NCBI GenBank assembly: GCA_003990765.1 | Contig: RBNJ01000041.1 | Coordinates: forward strand, 1 to 47,804 | DNA length: 47,804 nucleotides | DNA from: Jimgerdemannia flammicorona | Taxonomy: Eukaryota | Direction: 5' to 3' | In this document: in pieces, positions 11,162 to 23,090 of the stretch | How the letters are laid out: the number at the start of each line of letters is the position of its first letter | How positions within the stretch are numbered: position 1 is the first letter of the stretch | Notes under the pieces: model-generated | The model's database searches: none | What the model saw: only the letters and a program-made list of their open reading frames with translations | What the model was told of the DNA's origin: nothing | Program-made: the position numbers and the translations under genes

Positions 11162-12346
11162 GGAGCTCTACTATAGAATTATCACATACCTGGGATAGCG
11201 AAAGATACCCCAACATCTAGAAGAATGGACACAAATGATTATCAACAGGACATGGAAACAATTTGAAACTGATAGAGAAACACTGAAGAAAGGAAAACTA
11301 CTGGTCATACCAGAACACAAGAAGGAGCAAGTGATGAAATCAGTATATGAACTTGACCATCTAGGAGGAACAAATACATATGACAAGGCAAGAAGAACAA
11401 TATGGTAGCCAGGGATGGAGGAAGATATCAGACAATTTGCCAAGACATGCGACAAATGCCAGAAACAGAAACAAGACCAATGGAATCAAGCCCCAGAATC
11501 AGCACACATAGAACCAGTACCATTTGCCCATATAGCAATGAATGTAATTGGCCCTCTACCCTTGATCCTGACTGGTAACCGATACATCATTGTCATGTAG
11601 ACCTTTTTACGAAGTGGATAGAAGCAGGACTCCTCAAGGAAGTCAATGTACAGTCAATCACCAATTTCTTCTACAAGGAAATCATCTGCCAGTTCAAGAC
11701 CCCAACACAAGTAACTATAGATAGAGGAACAGAATTTGTAAACCAGCTCTTTGAGGTTCTCTACAAGAAGTACAAGATCCAGCACATTCAGACCACAGCC
11801 TATCACTCCCAAGGAAACAGACAAGTAGAAAGGACCAACAAAACCCTCAAGAATGTTATCGCCAAGATCTGTGATAACTACGAAAATGGGAATCACTATC
11901 TGCCAATAGCATTATCTGCTCTCTGAGATATCTGATCACAAAGTACTCACTTTACCCCTTGAGAAATGCTGTTTGGAGAAGAATGTTCTCAAGGAACCCT
12001 ATCATCCAATGGAGATGCTGTATGGAAACATGTGGACATGGAAATACAGAGACTATATCAAATCAGGAAGAAGGCTGAGGATTACATAACCAAGGTGCAG
12101 ACACTACAATGGAGGAATGCGGAAAAGACCCACAAGTCCTTGGAGATTATCAAGATAGGAGACAAGGTCCTAGTGTATCAGAATATGGTAGAAGCTTCAT
12201 GGTCACAAAAACTGGAGCCCAAGTGGGAAGGACCTTACCTTGTGCAAGATATAAAAGGGACCACCTTTTGGCTATGAAAACCCTCAGGCACAATAATCCC
12301 CACTACTATTCACCGAAACCGACTCAAGAAATATCATGGCCAGTAA
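11154..12346 (+). pseudogene. int: ORF2 of A: integrase (zinc finger, rve core, GPY/F) in its own frame
   Basis: The ATG overlaps the RNase H stop (CATGAATAA). Motifs: HLGG...TCDKCQK, TDRG-like IDRGTEF, TAYHSQGNRQVER, KLEPKWEGPY. Frameshift ~11597. Confidence 0.93.
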
Positions 12347-12797
12347 CAAAAGTACTGTGATGGCACTCAAGATCACTAGTGCTGCCCAAAGAGCCATCGA
12401 AAGACAATGGCACACCACCGAGCCTCCGACCATAGAGGCATACTATGAGGATATTCAGAGTATTGTGCAGACTCATCTCTCCCAGATCTCGCACTTTAGA
12501 GCCTATCAATATTGGACAGAATTCCAAGAGTACTTCAAGCTTGGACAGGTACTCAATCAGGATCCAGCAAAGACCAAGGAGGACTGGATTGCCGAGTGTC
12601 AACTCTCCCACTCACAGATCACTATTGTCAAAAGGATCCACAAGTTATTCCAAGAAGATGAACCAGCAATAGACCACCTGAGAGGAGTAACCCCTACTGA
12701 CTTCGAGAAAGTAAGAAGACATCATTGGGAAACAGTCATGCAGCAAATTGCACAGTACAAGACTATACAGACAGTTGAAGCCTGGGAGTTTGAATAG
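12336..12797 (+). CDS. ORF3 of A: intact 153-aa accessory protein of unknown function
   Basis: The ATG overlaps the integrase end and the ORF stops before the PPT. It has no stops, and its domain is shared with the LTR ORFs of B and C. Confidence 0.8.
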   Translation: MASNKSTVMALKITSAAQRAIERQWHTTEPPTIEAYYEDIQSIVQTHLSQISHFRAYQYWTEFQEYFKLGQVLNQDPAKTKEDWIAECQLSHSQITIVKRIHKLFQEDEPAIDHLRGVTPTDFEKVRRHHWETVMQQIAQYKTIQTVEAWEFE

Positions 12798-12834
12798 ATG
12801 CCCCAGGGACAAGACCATCTATTCAGGAGGAAGT

Positions 12835-13301
12835 TATGATGGTATAGCCAAATTTAGAAGAAGGAAATAGGGAATAGACACTTGATCGCACCCAGTCCCA
12901 AAGTAGTATAGCCTTATAGTTAGCAGTCTTCGATTTTGACATTGTCTAAATTCTTAGACATTATCCAAATTGAACACCCCGATTTAGTATAGCATTTCGA
13001 CATTGTCTAAATTTCTAGACATTGTCTAAATGACTCATAACTTAGCTGCGTAACTCAGTAGCCATCTCATAGCTAGCAAACTTATATAAATAACCCAGTA
13101 TCTTCGAGTGAATAAACCTCAGATCGAAATAGTTCAAAGCAAAGAGATAGCAAAGAAACTAATAAGCCTGCAGGCAGATATACTTTGAACTCAACCACCC
13201 TCCCCTACAACTTCAAGAGACTCTGTGAGAGTCAGAACAGTCAAGTTTTCAAGATACAGAAATCCGAGGTACTTTCAAGAGTAAGCGTCCACTATGTTAC
13301 A
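12835..13301 (+). repeat. 3' LTR of element A
   Basis: Direct repeat of 6592-7058, preceded by the PPT at 12825-12834. Confidence 0.97.
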
Positions 13302-14029
13302 ATGTTCAGGAGTTGGGGTTGTTTGTTTGGTTTGTTTTGATTCTCTGTTTTGATGTATCTCAGTACTTAGTATATATGCATTTGATCCTGATTGATAAGA
13401 TTCTGTTTATATAAATCTTGTGTTCTGTGACTTCATATTAACTCAGCTTTGTGTGCTGTGACTTTGGTTTAACTCAGCTTTATGATCTTACAGATGATTT
13501 CCAGATTTATTCAGAGGTTATATATAATTTCAGTGGCTTTGTTTAGAGGGTGACATGTGATTTCAGTGGCTTAGAGGTTGTGTGCTTACAACTCTCCCCT
13601 TCTTAGCTTTCAATGTCCTCATTAGGGCCTTCTAGTTTTGTTCTAGTATTATTATACTATTTGGATAGTCAAAAGTCTGATAAAGTCTATTTTTTCAGAA
13701 AGTAGTATACTTGTAGTATAGTTGTCTAATATGTTGGATTCACACATTAAAGGGTCATATATTCAATGCCATGTACCAGAAGTGATTCTGATGTCATTTA
13801 CTGCTGGAGAATTTCCTCTAAGAAATCTTCTTAAATGTCTATGCCTCATTTCCCACCAGTAGTATAGAGAGAATAGGCTGGCTTTCAGTTTTCCTGTTTT
13901 TCTAGAGGGTTGGTATTTTATCTTGGTTTGCTGAGTTCTTGATTTTATTTGTGATAATTATAATATTCTGAAGGGTAATATATAGTATGTACTGATAGAT
14001 ACAGAAGTGTTCAGGTTTTAGTTATTTAA

Positions 14030-16422
14030 GAAATTATATTCCTGAACTAAGTCTGTGGCATTTTGGAGATTAGTCTTGAGTTCCCATATTACATCATGGA
14101 TTGGATAACCTTTCCATTTGATGAGGTACTCAGGATAGTTCTTGTGGCTATATTTGTTGAGGATTTGTTCAACTTTATATTCTTCTTTGTCATTAATAAT
14201 GATAGGTGCAGGTGGTTCTGTAATTCGGTTTGGGAATAACTTGTCATCATTTTCATTATATTACTTGAGATGTTGGACATTGAATCTTAATGGTATCTGG
14301 TAGCACCAATTTGTAGGAGGTTGGAGAAACTTATATGATAACTTCAAATAGTCTGATAAATTTATTATTTAGCTTTATAGATAGTCTGTACTTGAGGTTA
14401 TCAACTTGGTATCATTGGATATCTAGTAGAACCTTTTCTCTGATATCAAAAGTTTCTTCTTAATAGTGTTGATTGACATACTATGACTGTTGTTCTTGAG
14501 CTTGTGATAAATTCTCAATTGTGATCTGGCTTAGATTGTGGATTCAGAGTAGGAATTCTTCAACAGCTTCAACTGTAGAGAGTTCATCAGTGGTTCGCAT
14601 AAGTGTTAGAGGGGTGTTTGGGTTTTGTCCTATATTGGTAAAGAATGGGGTCATTCTAAGATAGGCTTGCTTACTGTTATTATAGGTAAACTCGACTGTA
14701 GTGAGGTATTTATGCCAATTATCTTATCTATAGGAAATATAGTTCCTTAGTATTTGTTTCAGAGTTCAGTTCATTATTTCAGTTTGGCTATCAGTTTTGA
14801 GGTGAAAGGCTATGGATAGTGCAAGTTTCATTCCAAGGTATATATGAAGGACTTTCCAAAAATAACTGGTAAATTTCAGATCTCAGTTACTAATAATTAT
14901 CTTAGAAAGACTATGATAGTAGAAGATGTTGTCAAACAAGAGTATGGCTATATCTGGTACTATTGCAGTAGTAGTAGTTGATACAAAGTGGGCTTATTTA
15001 CTGAGATAGTTTATAAAGACAACAATTATATCTTTCCCATTCTTGGTTTGGGATAGTTGTATAATAAAGTTCATAGAAATTTATTCCCAATTAGTAGATG
15101 GTACTGAGATAGGGTAGAGTAAGTCAGGTTTTGCTAGTATTGAGGACTTGTTATATTGGCAGATATTATAGGAAGTGATATAGGTCTTTAGCTGATCTGT
15201 CATATAGGGCCAATAGAAGTTTTGGGAAATAACTTTATAGCATTTATCAAATCCTAAATATCTGGCTATAGGGATATTATGATATTTGAATAGAATAGTC
15301 CTTCAAAGGTTTTGGTTGTTTGGAACATACAATCTGTCCTTATAGTAGATAACATTGTCCTTTAGTTAGTATCAATTGTACTAGGTATACTTGTCAGTAT
15401 CATCACTGCTCAGGATTTCTCAGAGTACTTGAGCTTCCTTATTATCAGCATATACTACAATAATTTGTTTCATGATAGAGTTAGTAACTAAGGTGAGAAT
15501 TTGGATAACTTCTTCAATTGGTGGTCTGGAGTTTGCATCAGCAATAATATTTTCCTTACTAGGGTGATACTGAGTTTCATAGTCAAAGTTGGTGAGGACT
15601 TTTATCCATCTGGCTTGCTTCCAGAAAAGAGTAGCCTGGGTCTTGATATTGACTAGTAATTTGTAATCAGTCAATATGGTGAAGTGTACTTCTTCTAGAT
15701 ATAGTCACCATTTGATCAGAATATCTACAATAGCTAGTATTTCCTTCTCATAGGTTGTATAGTTAATTTCAGTATTATTGAACTTATAAGAATGATAGGC
15801 CACAGGGTGTCCTTCTTATATGAGTACTGCTCCAAGAGCTAGATTAGAGACATCAGTAGTGACTTTATATGGTAGGGCAGAATTTGCTGCTTGAAGTACT
15901 GAAGTAGTTATCAAGACATCTTTCAGTACTTGAAAGGCTGTATCTTGTTTGGGTCCCTAATTTATAAGATTGTTGAAGTCTTTCTCTTATTTTATGATCC
16001 AGAACTGTTCTTCTTTCTTACTATGCTTGGTCATTTGGATAATGATAGTAGTGATCTTGGTAAAGTTAGCAACAAATTGTCTATAATAGTTTGCTAATCC
16101 CAGGAATAACTGGAGGTCTTTCAGCTTCTTTAGTCTGGCCCAATCCTTAATTGCAGAGATTTTGCTAGGATCTACTTTGATTCTATTTAGCATGACAATA
16201 TGTCAAAGGAATTGAATTTCTTTCAGGAAAAATTTATATTTGCTGAGTTTTGCAAAGAGTCTGTTTTCTTAGAGTTTCAGTAGTACTAGCTCAAGGTATT
16301 CAAGATGTTTCTCCAGGGTTTTGCTGAAGACTAGAATGTCATCAATATAGACAACAATAAATTTGTCTAGATATAGATGCAGGATAGTATTTATCAGAGT
16401 CTGGAAGGTTGCAGGAGCATTA
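14030..16422 (-). pseudogene. pol: pol of family C: RT (part), RNase H, integrase, chromodomain; heavily degraded
   Basis: [48 protein letters not shown]; chromodomain EEYKVEQIL...EYLIKWKGYPIHDVIWE...NLQNA at ~14035-14190. Confidence 0.92.
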
Positions 16423-17369
16423 GCCCTTAGTCTGTAATTTGCAGACAAATTTGCCTACAAAAAATTATAATTTTTGTAAATTTATATCTTTATTAATATA
16501 AAAAATATTTATCTGAAAAATTAAAATAATATTAAAAATATATAATATTATATATCATAATTTTTTCAAACTGTTATCTAATTTATTCAAATTTATATTT
16601 ATTTTTTAACTTTAGTTCTTAGTTTGTAATATAGGTAAATTTGTCTGCAAAAATTAAATATTTTATAATATTATTAATAATAAATATATTTACTCCTAAT
16701 TATTAAATAATAATAACAAGATATATCAGCTTACAAATTATCAAACATTTCCTAATTTAATAATAGGATATTATTTTATTTTTATTTTTAAAGCTGCAAG
16801 CTACCATAAGCTGCAAGCCCCAAGCCCCAAGCCCCAAGCTGTAAGCTGCAAGCTACTTCAAAATTTGAAATTAGATATAACAGACATATTTGCTTATATC
16901 TTAACAAAAAGACATACAATCTTGAAGTTATTAAGCTTGTTAGAATGCTCTGAATTATAGTATTCCAATAAGCCTATATATATTAAGATTGGATACCTTT
17001 TTGCTGAAATATAAGTAAAAATGTCTGATATATCAAATTGTAAATTTTGATGATTCAGCATTACCAACATACTTAGTTCTAGCATTACCAAGAACTATAA
17101 ATGCAATCACAGAGTGGATCTAAACCCTGTCCCTTTTGGGTGAAGAGAAGAGTACTCTTTTAGAAATTTATAGATTCTTTTTCTGGTGAAATTTTGATAT
17201 ATATGCTCTAATTTTACTTCTGAATTTGCTGAAATACATGATATTACTATTGCTTTTTTTAAGGATACAGTTAAAAATTCCCTGGTCACAGAAATAATTG
17301 ACCATAATATCATCAAAATATTCATAAGAATACAGTTCAAAATATATACTACTTTTCAATATAACAGCT

Positions 17370-19020
17370 TTGAAAGGGGGGGGGTTTTTTTTTCAAAAAG
17401 GGAGGAGCCTCATTACTTTACCTTGCCTCATCTTGCCACTCTTTCTTCTTACCATTCATTCTATATACTTCGTCTCGATACTTATTTCAATACACTTTAT
17501 TCTAATATACTGTTCATTTCATTTCAATATGCTATCTTGTCTTACTGCTTATTCCAACACTGTCCTTAACACACTCTGCCATAACAGTCTTGTTTTCTTT
17601 TTTTTTGAAAGGGGGGAGTCTTATTGCTTTACCTCACCTTGTCTTACTGCTCATTTCAATACTTCTCTCCTTGCTATTCATTCCATACACTTCATCTCCA
17701 TGCTCATTCCAACACACTGTTCATTTCATTTCATTCTAATATACTTTTATTCCAATATACTGTTCATTTCATTCCAATGTGTAGCCTTGCCTTGCTGCTT
17801 ATTCTAGCACCTTATCTTACCACACTGCTTATTTCAATACTGCCTTTGCTGCAACAGCCTTGCTCTAATATTTCAAAAGGTTTGTTTTTTTTGAAGAAGA
17901 GAGAGCCTCATTGCTCTATCTTGCCTCATCTTACCACTCATTCCAATACTTCTCCTTGTCATTCATTCTATGTGCTTCATCTTGGCACTTATTTCAATAT
18001 GCTTTCATTTCAATGTACTGTTCATTTCATTCCAACATGTCACCTTATCTTGCTGCTTATTCCAGTATCTCATCTTGCCACACTGCTTATTCTAACACTG
18101 CTCTCAATGCACCCTACCATGACAGCCTTGGAAAAGTTTGTTTTTTTTTTTAAAAAAAGGGGAGAACCTCATTGTGCTCTACCTCACCTTGTCTTGCTAC
18201 TCATTCTAATGCTTCTCTTCTTGCTATTCATTCTATGCACTTCATCTCTATGCTCATTCTAACATATCATTTATTTCATTTTATTTCAATGTGCAGCTTT
18301 GCCTTGCTACTTATTCCAGCACCTTGTCTTACTATACTGCTTATTCCAACATTACACTCACTACAACAGCCATGCTCTGACATTTCAAAAGATTTGTTTT
18401 TTTTGAAGAGAGAGCCTCATTACTCTATCTCACCTCATCTTACCACTTATTTCAATACTTCTCCTTGTCATTCATTCTATGTACTTCATCTTGGTACTCA
18501 TTCCAATATATTATTCATTTCATTCCAATGTACCACCTTGCCTTGCCACTTATTTCAGCACTTTATCTTGTCACACTGCTTATCCTCACTGTACTTTTTA
18601 ATGCACCCTACTGTGATAGCCTTGGAAAAGTTTATTTTTTTTGGAAGAGAGGGGAGTCTCATTGCTCTATCTTGTCTCATCTTACTGCTCATTCCAATGT
18701 ACCATTCATTTCATTCCAACATACTGTTAATTTTATACCTTATCTCACCACTTATTTCAGCATCTCATCTTACCATATTGCACTATCCTTGCTATACTTT
18801 TCAATGTGCCCTACCATGACAGCCTTGCTTTAACATTTGAAAGATTCATTTTTTTTGAAAAGAGGGGAGCCTTATTACTCTACCTCACCTTGTCTTGCTG
18901 CTCATTCCAACACTTCTCCTTGCTGTTCATTTTATATACTTCATTTTGTCACTTATTCCACCTTATCATTTATTTCATTCCAATGTGCTATCTTGTCTTG
19001 CTGCTCATTTCAATACAATC
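17370..19020. repeat. diverged satellite, ~7 units of ~215-290 bp with alternating long/short units; related inverted copy at ~20997-21180
   Basis: Recurrent TTTTT(G)AAAAGAGGGGAGCCTCATTGCTCTA at ~17390, 17605, 17890, 18150, 18400, 18640 and 18852; internal CATTCCAA subrepeats. Confidence 0.85.
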
Positions 19021-19487
19021 TGCTTCAGCCTATAAGTGTGTCTACTTCACCTCTTCTGCTCTATTCACCTCCACATCTGTCATCTCTGAACCCACCACTT
19101 CCACACCCACCATCTCTGCACCTTCTATGTGAGGAGAGACTCTGACAAATATGTTGTCTCTTGAAACAATAAAAAATAAATGAAAGAAATCGAAATTCAT
19201 TTCTACCAATTATTAAGTTGAAAGTGGATTCTATAATTACAGGTCAAGATATTGGAAATGGTGTACAAATGGTCTTGATAAATAATATATATATATTATA
19301 CTATCATTTCAAAATATCTCATTATAATAAAGATGAGGTTTTTTTAAACAACTTTGGTTTAAACAATATCATACATAATGGAAAGATAATTAAAAAGGAT
19401 TAATTATATAAAGTTTTTAATAGTGACAAATTTGGAATTTCAAATCTTTTTTTTTTATAAAATCAATCTGAAAAATAATATAAATTT

Positions 19488-19690
19488 AAAAGAGTGGAGC
19501 AGTTTGGAAATTATAAAGGAATAAAATATATATAAAAAGATTGATACTGAATATCATTCTGCTACTGGAGTATAACTGCATTAAATATTTTGAAAGAGTA
19601 GCATAGTTTGGAAATTATAAAGGAATAAAATATATAAAAAGATGATGCTGAACATTATTCTGTCACTGGAGTATAGCTATATTAAATAAT
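19488..19690. repeat. ~100-bp tandem duplication
   Basis: AAAAGAGT..AGTTTGGAAATTATAAAGGAATAAAATATAT...CTGGAGTATA occurs twice. Confidence 0.85.
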
Positions 19691-19697
19691 ATTCAAG

Positions 19698-19781
19698 TGG
19701 TACACATACTGAGAATTGAACTGCCACCATACTCTGGCTGCATTATTTGATTCTCCATGCTAACAACTATACCACAATATC
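19698..19781 (-). pseudogene. degenerate tRNA-like sequence
   Basis: Minus strand: A-box-like TGGTATAGTTGTTAGCA, B-box-like GTTCAATTC, ending ACCA; stems pair poorly. Confidence 0.3.
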
Positions 19782-20214
19782 AATATAAGAAATTAGTTGT
19801 AACAGTATTATAAATAGTATGCTGTCTACACCTAGGGAATTTTTAAAAAGAAAGATTGTTCTTCTTGACTAGTAGATTTCCAAGTGTCCTAAATATATTG
19901 CATAGTGGCACTTTACAGAAAGCTCATTCTTCCAGTTATATATAGTACTGGATAGCTATTTTCACTACCCAAGGATGAGAGAGTACAGTATATACAAAAA
20001 TTTATATAATGTATATACCTATTCTGAGGGAGTCTCTATTATAAAATATATAGTTTGGGACTTATGGTAGAAATATCAAATATATATATTCTTTATTAAA
20101 ATAAAATATTTTCTTATAAGGGCTAGTGTATATTGAGAGAGAGCATAGAATAAATATGTAATGAATGCAAGATAAAGAGAGAGGATAGAATGAATGCAGG
20201 CTAAAGAGAAGGAC

Positions 20215-20950
20215 TCTCTGCCAAAGTCTGAAGCTCTCTCTGCTAAAGTCTTCTCTGCTGAAGCCCCTGCTGCCAAAGCCCCCTCTGCTGAAGCCCCCTC
20301 TGCCAAAGCCCCCTCTGCTGAAACCCCCTCTGCCAAAGCCCCTTCTGCCAAAGTCCCCTCTGCTGAAGCCCCTGCTGCCAAAGCCTCTGCTACTGAAGCC
20401 CCTGCTGCTAAAGCCCTCTCTGCTGAAGCCCCCTCTACTGAAGCCCCCTCTGCTGAAGCCCCCTCTGCCAAAGTACCCTCTGGCAAAGTTCCCTCTGCTA
20501 AAGTTCCCTTTGCCAAAGTAGAGTCCCCTCTGCCAAAGTTCTCTCTGCCGAAGTTCCCTCTACTAAAGTTCTCTCTACTAAAGTCTCCTCTGCTAAATTC
20601 CCCTCTGCCAAATTCTCCTCTGCCAAGTCTCCTCTACTGAAGTCCTCTCTACTGAAGTCTCCTCTACCAAAGTCTCCTCTGCTGAAATCTCTCTACTGAA
20701 GTTCTCTTTATCAAAGTTCTCTTTGCTGAAGTAGAGTCTCTGCCAAATTTCCCTCTACTAAAGTTCTCTCTGCCAAAGTTCTCTCTACTAAAGTCTTCTC
20801 TGCCAAATTCCCTTCTGCTGAATTCTCCTCTACCAAAGTCCCCTCTACTGAAGTTCTCTTTGCCAAAATGGAGTCCCCTCTGCCAAAGTCCCCTCTGCTG
20901 AAGTCCTCTCTGCCAAAGTTTCTTTCTGCTAAAGTTTCCTCTGCTGAAGT
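20215..20950. repeat. 15-bp minisatellite (CTCTGCYRAAGYCCC), ~45-50 units
   Basis: Directly visible; phase slips at GAGTCCC/GAGTCTC interruptions. Confidence 0.95.
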
Positions 20951-21624
20951 ATTTACTGTCAAAGTCCCCACCATCTATGAACATGCTGGCTGACTAGGGT
21001 TGTATTGGAATAAGTAGCAAGATGAGATGCATTAGAATGAGTGGTGAGGTGAGATATATTGGAAGGAGCAGCAAGGTAAAGTGTATTGGAATGAGTAGTG
21101 AGATAAGATACATTGGAATAAGTAGTAAGACAAGGTATCTGAAAAGAACAATGAGGTAAGGCTCTCCTCCCTCTCAAAAGGACAATAAGCTGGTATAGAG
21201 AACTAGTATAATTAATCAATATGATGAACTGAATGAAACTCACCCTGTTTTTTTTCTTCTCTGAGTCTGAACATACTGACTGACTGGAGGTAAGGGTATT
21301 AAATATATCAACAAGACAAACCACTGGATGATATACATAATGGCAAACCATAACTATAGCCTTGCTGCATAACAATAGTCTCTCTTACCAAACAATGAGC
21401 AATAATAAGACAGGAAAATAAAAAGCAGATAAATGGTATGAATATGGTAGATAGCCTTTAGTAAGAAGAGAGTAAATGATAAGTAATAAAAGGAGTAATA
21501 ATAAGAGAGGAAAACAGTGAGCAGATGAATGGTAAACCATAATCATAACTATAGCCTCTATATAACTATAGTCTCACTGCTATCTTGTACTTATGACTGA
21601 AATTTTACCTTAAATTCAAAAGAA

Positions 21625-21702
21625 GTACTAGTGGTACATTGGATAGTACTATTCTCTGTACCTGAAAGGGACAGGGTTCAAATCTGCTCTATGGTTATTT
21701 TT
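21625..21702 (+). pseudogene. degenerate tRNA-like / Pol III promoter-like sequence
   Basis: TAGTGGTACATTGGATAG (A box-like), GGGTTCAAATC (B box-like), followed by a T-run. Confidence 0.3.
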
Positions 21703-22609
21703 ACAGTTCTCAGTGGTAATACTAGAACTGAGATGGAAATAATTACATTTTTGGCATATTGTTCAATTTAGTATAGTACTGATTTGAATTGAAATTCACA
21801 ATTTGACATATAGGATAGATAAGCAAATATTTTCAAATTTAGCTTACCTGCAGCAGCTTGCAACTTGCAGATTGCAGCTTATGGCTTGCAGCTTATAGCT
21901 TATGACTTATGGTTTATAGCTTATAGCTTACAGCTTTAAAAATAAAAATAAAATAAATAACCTATTATTAAATTAGAAAAAATTTGATATTTTGTAAGCT
22001 GATATGTTATATTATTATTATTTAATAATTAAAATAAAATATCTTTATTATTAATAATATTATGAAGTGTTTTTTTTTTTTTTGCAGGCAAATTTGTCTG
22101 CATTATAGACTAAGGAATAAAGAATTAAATATTTTTATAAGAAAATGTATCTATAATATAAACTAAAAGATATTAAAGACTTTTCTTAAATAATTATATA
22201 GCAATCTTATAATATTTTATTGAGTAACTGTCATAATGAGCTGGGTGGAAAAAATAAAAATAGAGACAGGATGTATGTGACCTAGAAAAGCAGTCTGAGG
22301 GTATTGTTGTCCCAGAACTACTTTATGATGTCACCTATGGTATGCTAATGAGCTATCAGCTCTGAATATTGAGACTGTTATGCCCAGGTACTCTGAAGTT
22401 GAGAGGGTACTAAGGATAAAGGCTGAGGAGAGACTAGCAATAGTTAAGAAGATGGCTGAGGCAATAATAGTGGTGGGAGACAACAATAGTGGTAGGAGAA
22501 AGGATGAAGACTAAGAGGAGAAGTGGGTCTTTTTGAAAGAGAATATGAAGGTGGGGGAATACATGGGAATATTTGCCCCAATGACTTTCCTCACACTCAC
22601 ACTCTTGCT

Positions 22610-23090
22610 CTTCAACCATCAAAAATTTTCCAGATCTCCCAACAATGAATCCAATAGCAAAGAGTATCAGAGCATCAGCAAGGAGAACAAGAACATTAGC
22701 AATAATATGGTGGATCATACCAAAGAACCAGCAGCCCAATCTAGTAAGAGTGGTATCAGCCAACCCAGCAAGAGCAGTGTCAGCCAACCCAGTAAAAACA
22801 GCATCAGTGAGTAGTGAACTCAGTAGAAGTGGTGTCAGCAAACCCAGTAGGAGTAGTATTAGCCATATCAATCCAGTACCATCCTGGCTCCAACCACTTG
22901 ATAGTAATAGCAGCAATCACAAAACTGAAATAAGTGGCCTTCAACCTCCAAACTTGACCCAACCACTCAGCAGCCTCCGATCATACAGACCTAATCACTC
23001 AGTATCAATAATAGTGACTATAAAATCCAACTAAACAAAAAGGAACAGACTCACATTGAAACCAAGCTGATCCAAAATGACCAGACCAGT
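22610..23090 (+). pseudogene. repeat-family ORF remnant with 24-bp/8-aa repeats (QPSKSSIS)
   Basis: Homologous to 42780-43498 (NNESNSKEY.SISKENK.ISN..VD.TK). Confidence 0.6.

Larger units (their letters stand above)
6592..13301 (+). mobile_element. full-length Ty3/Gypsy LTR retrotransposon A (dUTPase-bearing, extra ORF3); 4-bp TSD ATGT
   Basis: 467-bp LTRs at 6592-7058 and 12835-13301; ATGT at 6588-6591 and 13302-13305; PBS-like TGG motif; PPT AGGAGGAAGT; domain order gag-PR-dUT-RT-RH-IN. Confidence 0.97.
4817..16423 (-). mobile_element. 3' half of a chromovirus-type Ty3/Gypsy element (family C): pol plus 3' LTR, the LTR split by element A
   Basis: LTR 4817-6591 + 13302-13590 matches the solo LTR 36011-38041. 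PPT AGGGGAGAGT at 13591-13600. RT-RH-IN-chromodomain lie upstream on the minus strand. Confidence 0.9.
16424..22169. mobile_element. non-autonomous TIR element(s), possibly piggyBac-like; inner copy 16616-22116 nested in an older short copy
   Basis: Left end TTAG|CCCTTAGTCTGTAAT..GCAGACAAATTTGCC. 16616-16870 is the inverse of 21831-22116. A degenerate second right end lies at 22137-22169. No transposase seen. Confidence 0.7.

Noticed and set aside
12336-12797. ORF3 as an env gene
   Set aside because: Only 153 aa, with no signal peptide, transmembrane segment or furin-type site visible.
17370-19145. Hydrophobic ORFs as membrane proteins
   Set aside because: Overlapping ORFs in all three frames arising from a pyrimidine-rich satellite.
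20076-20984. AEAPSAKAPS / RGDFG repeat ORFs as real proteins
   Set aside because: Products of a 15-bp minisatellite that is open in several frames and slips phase.
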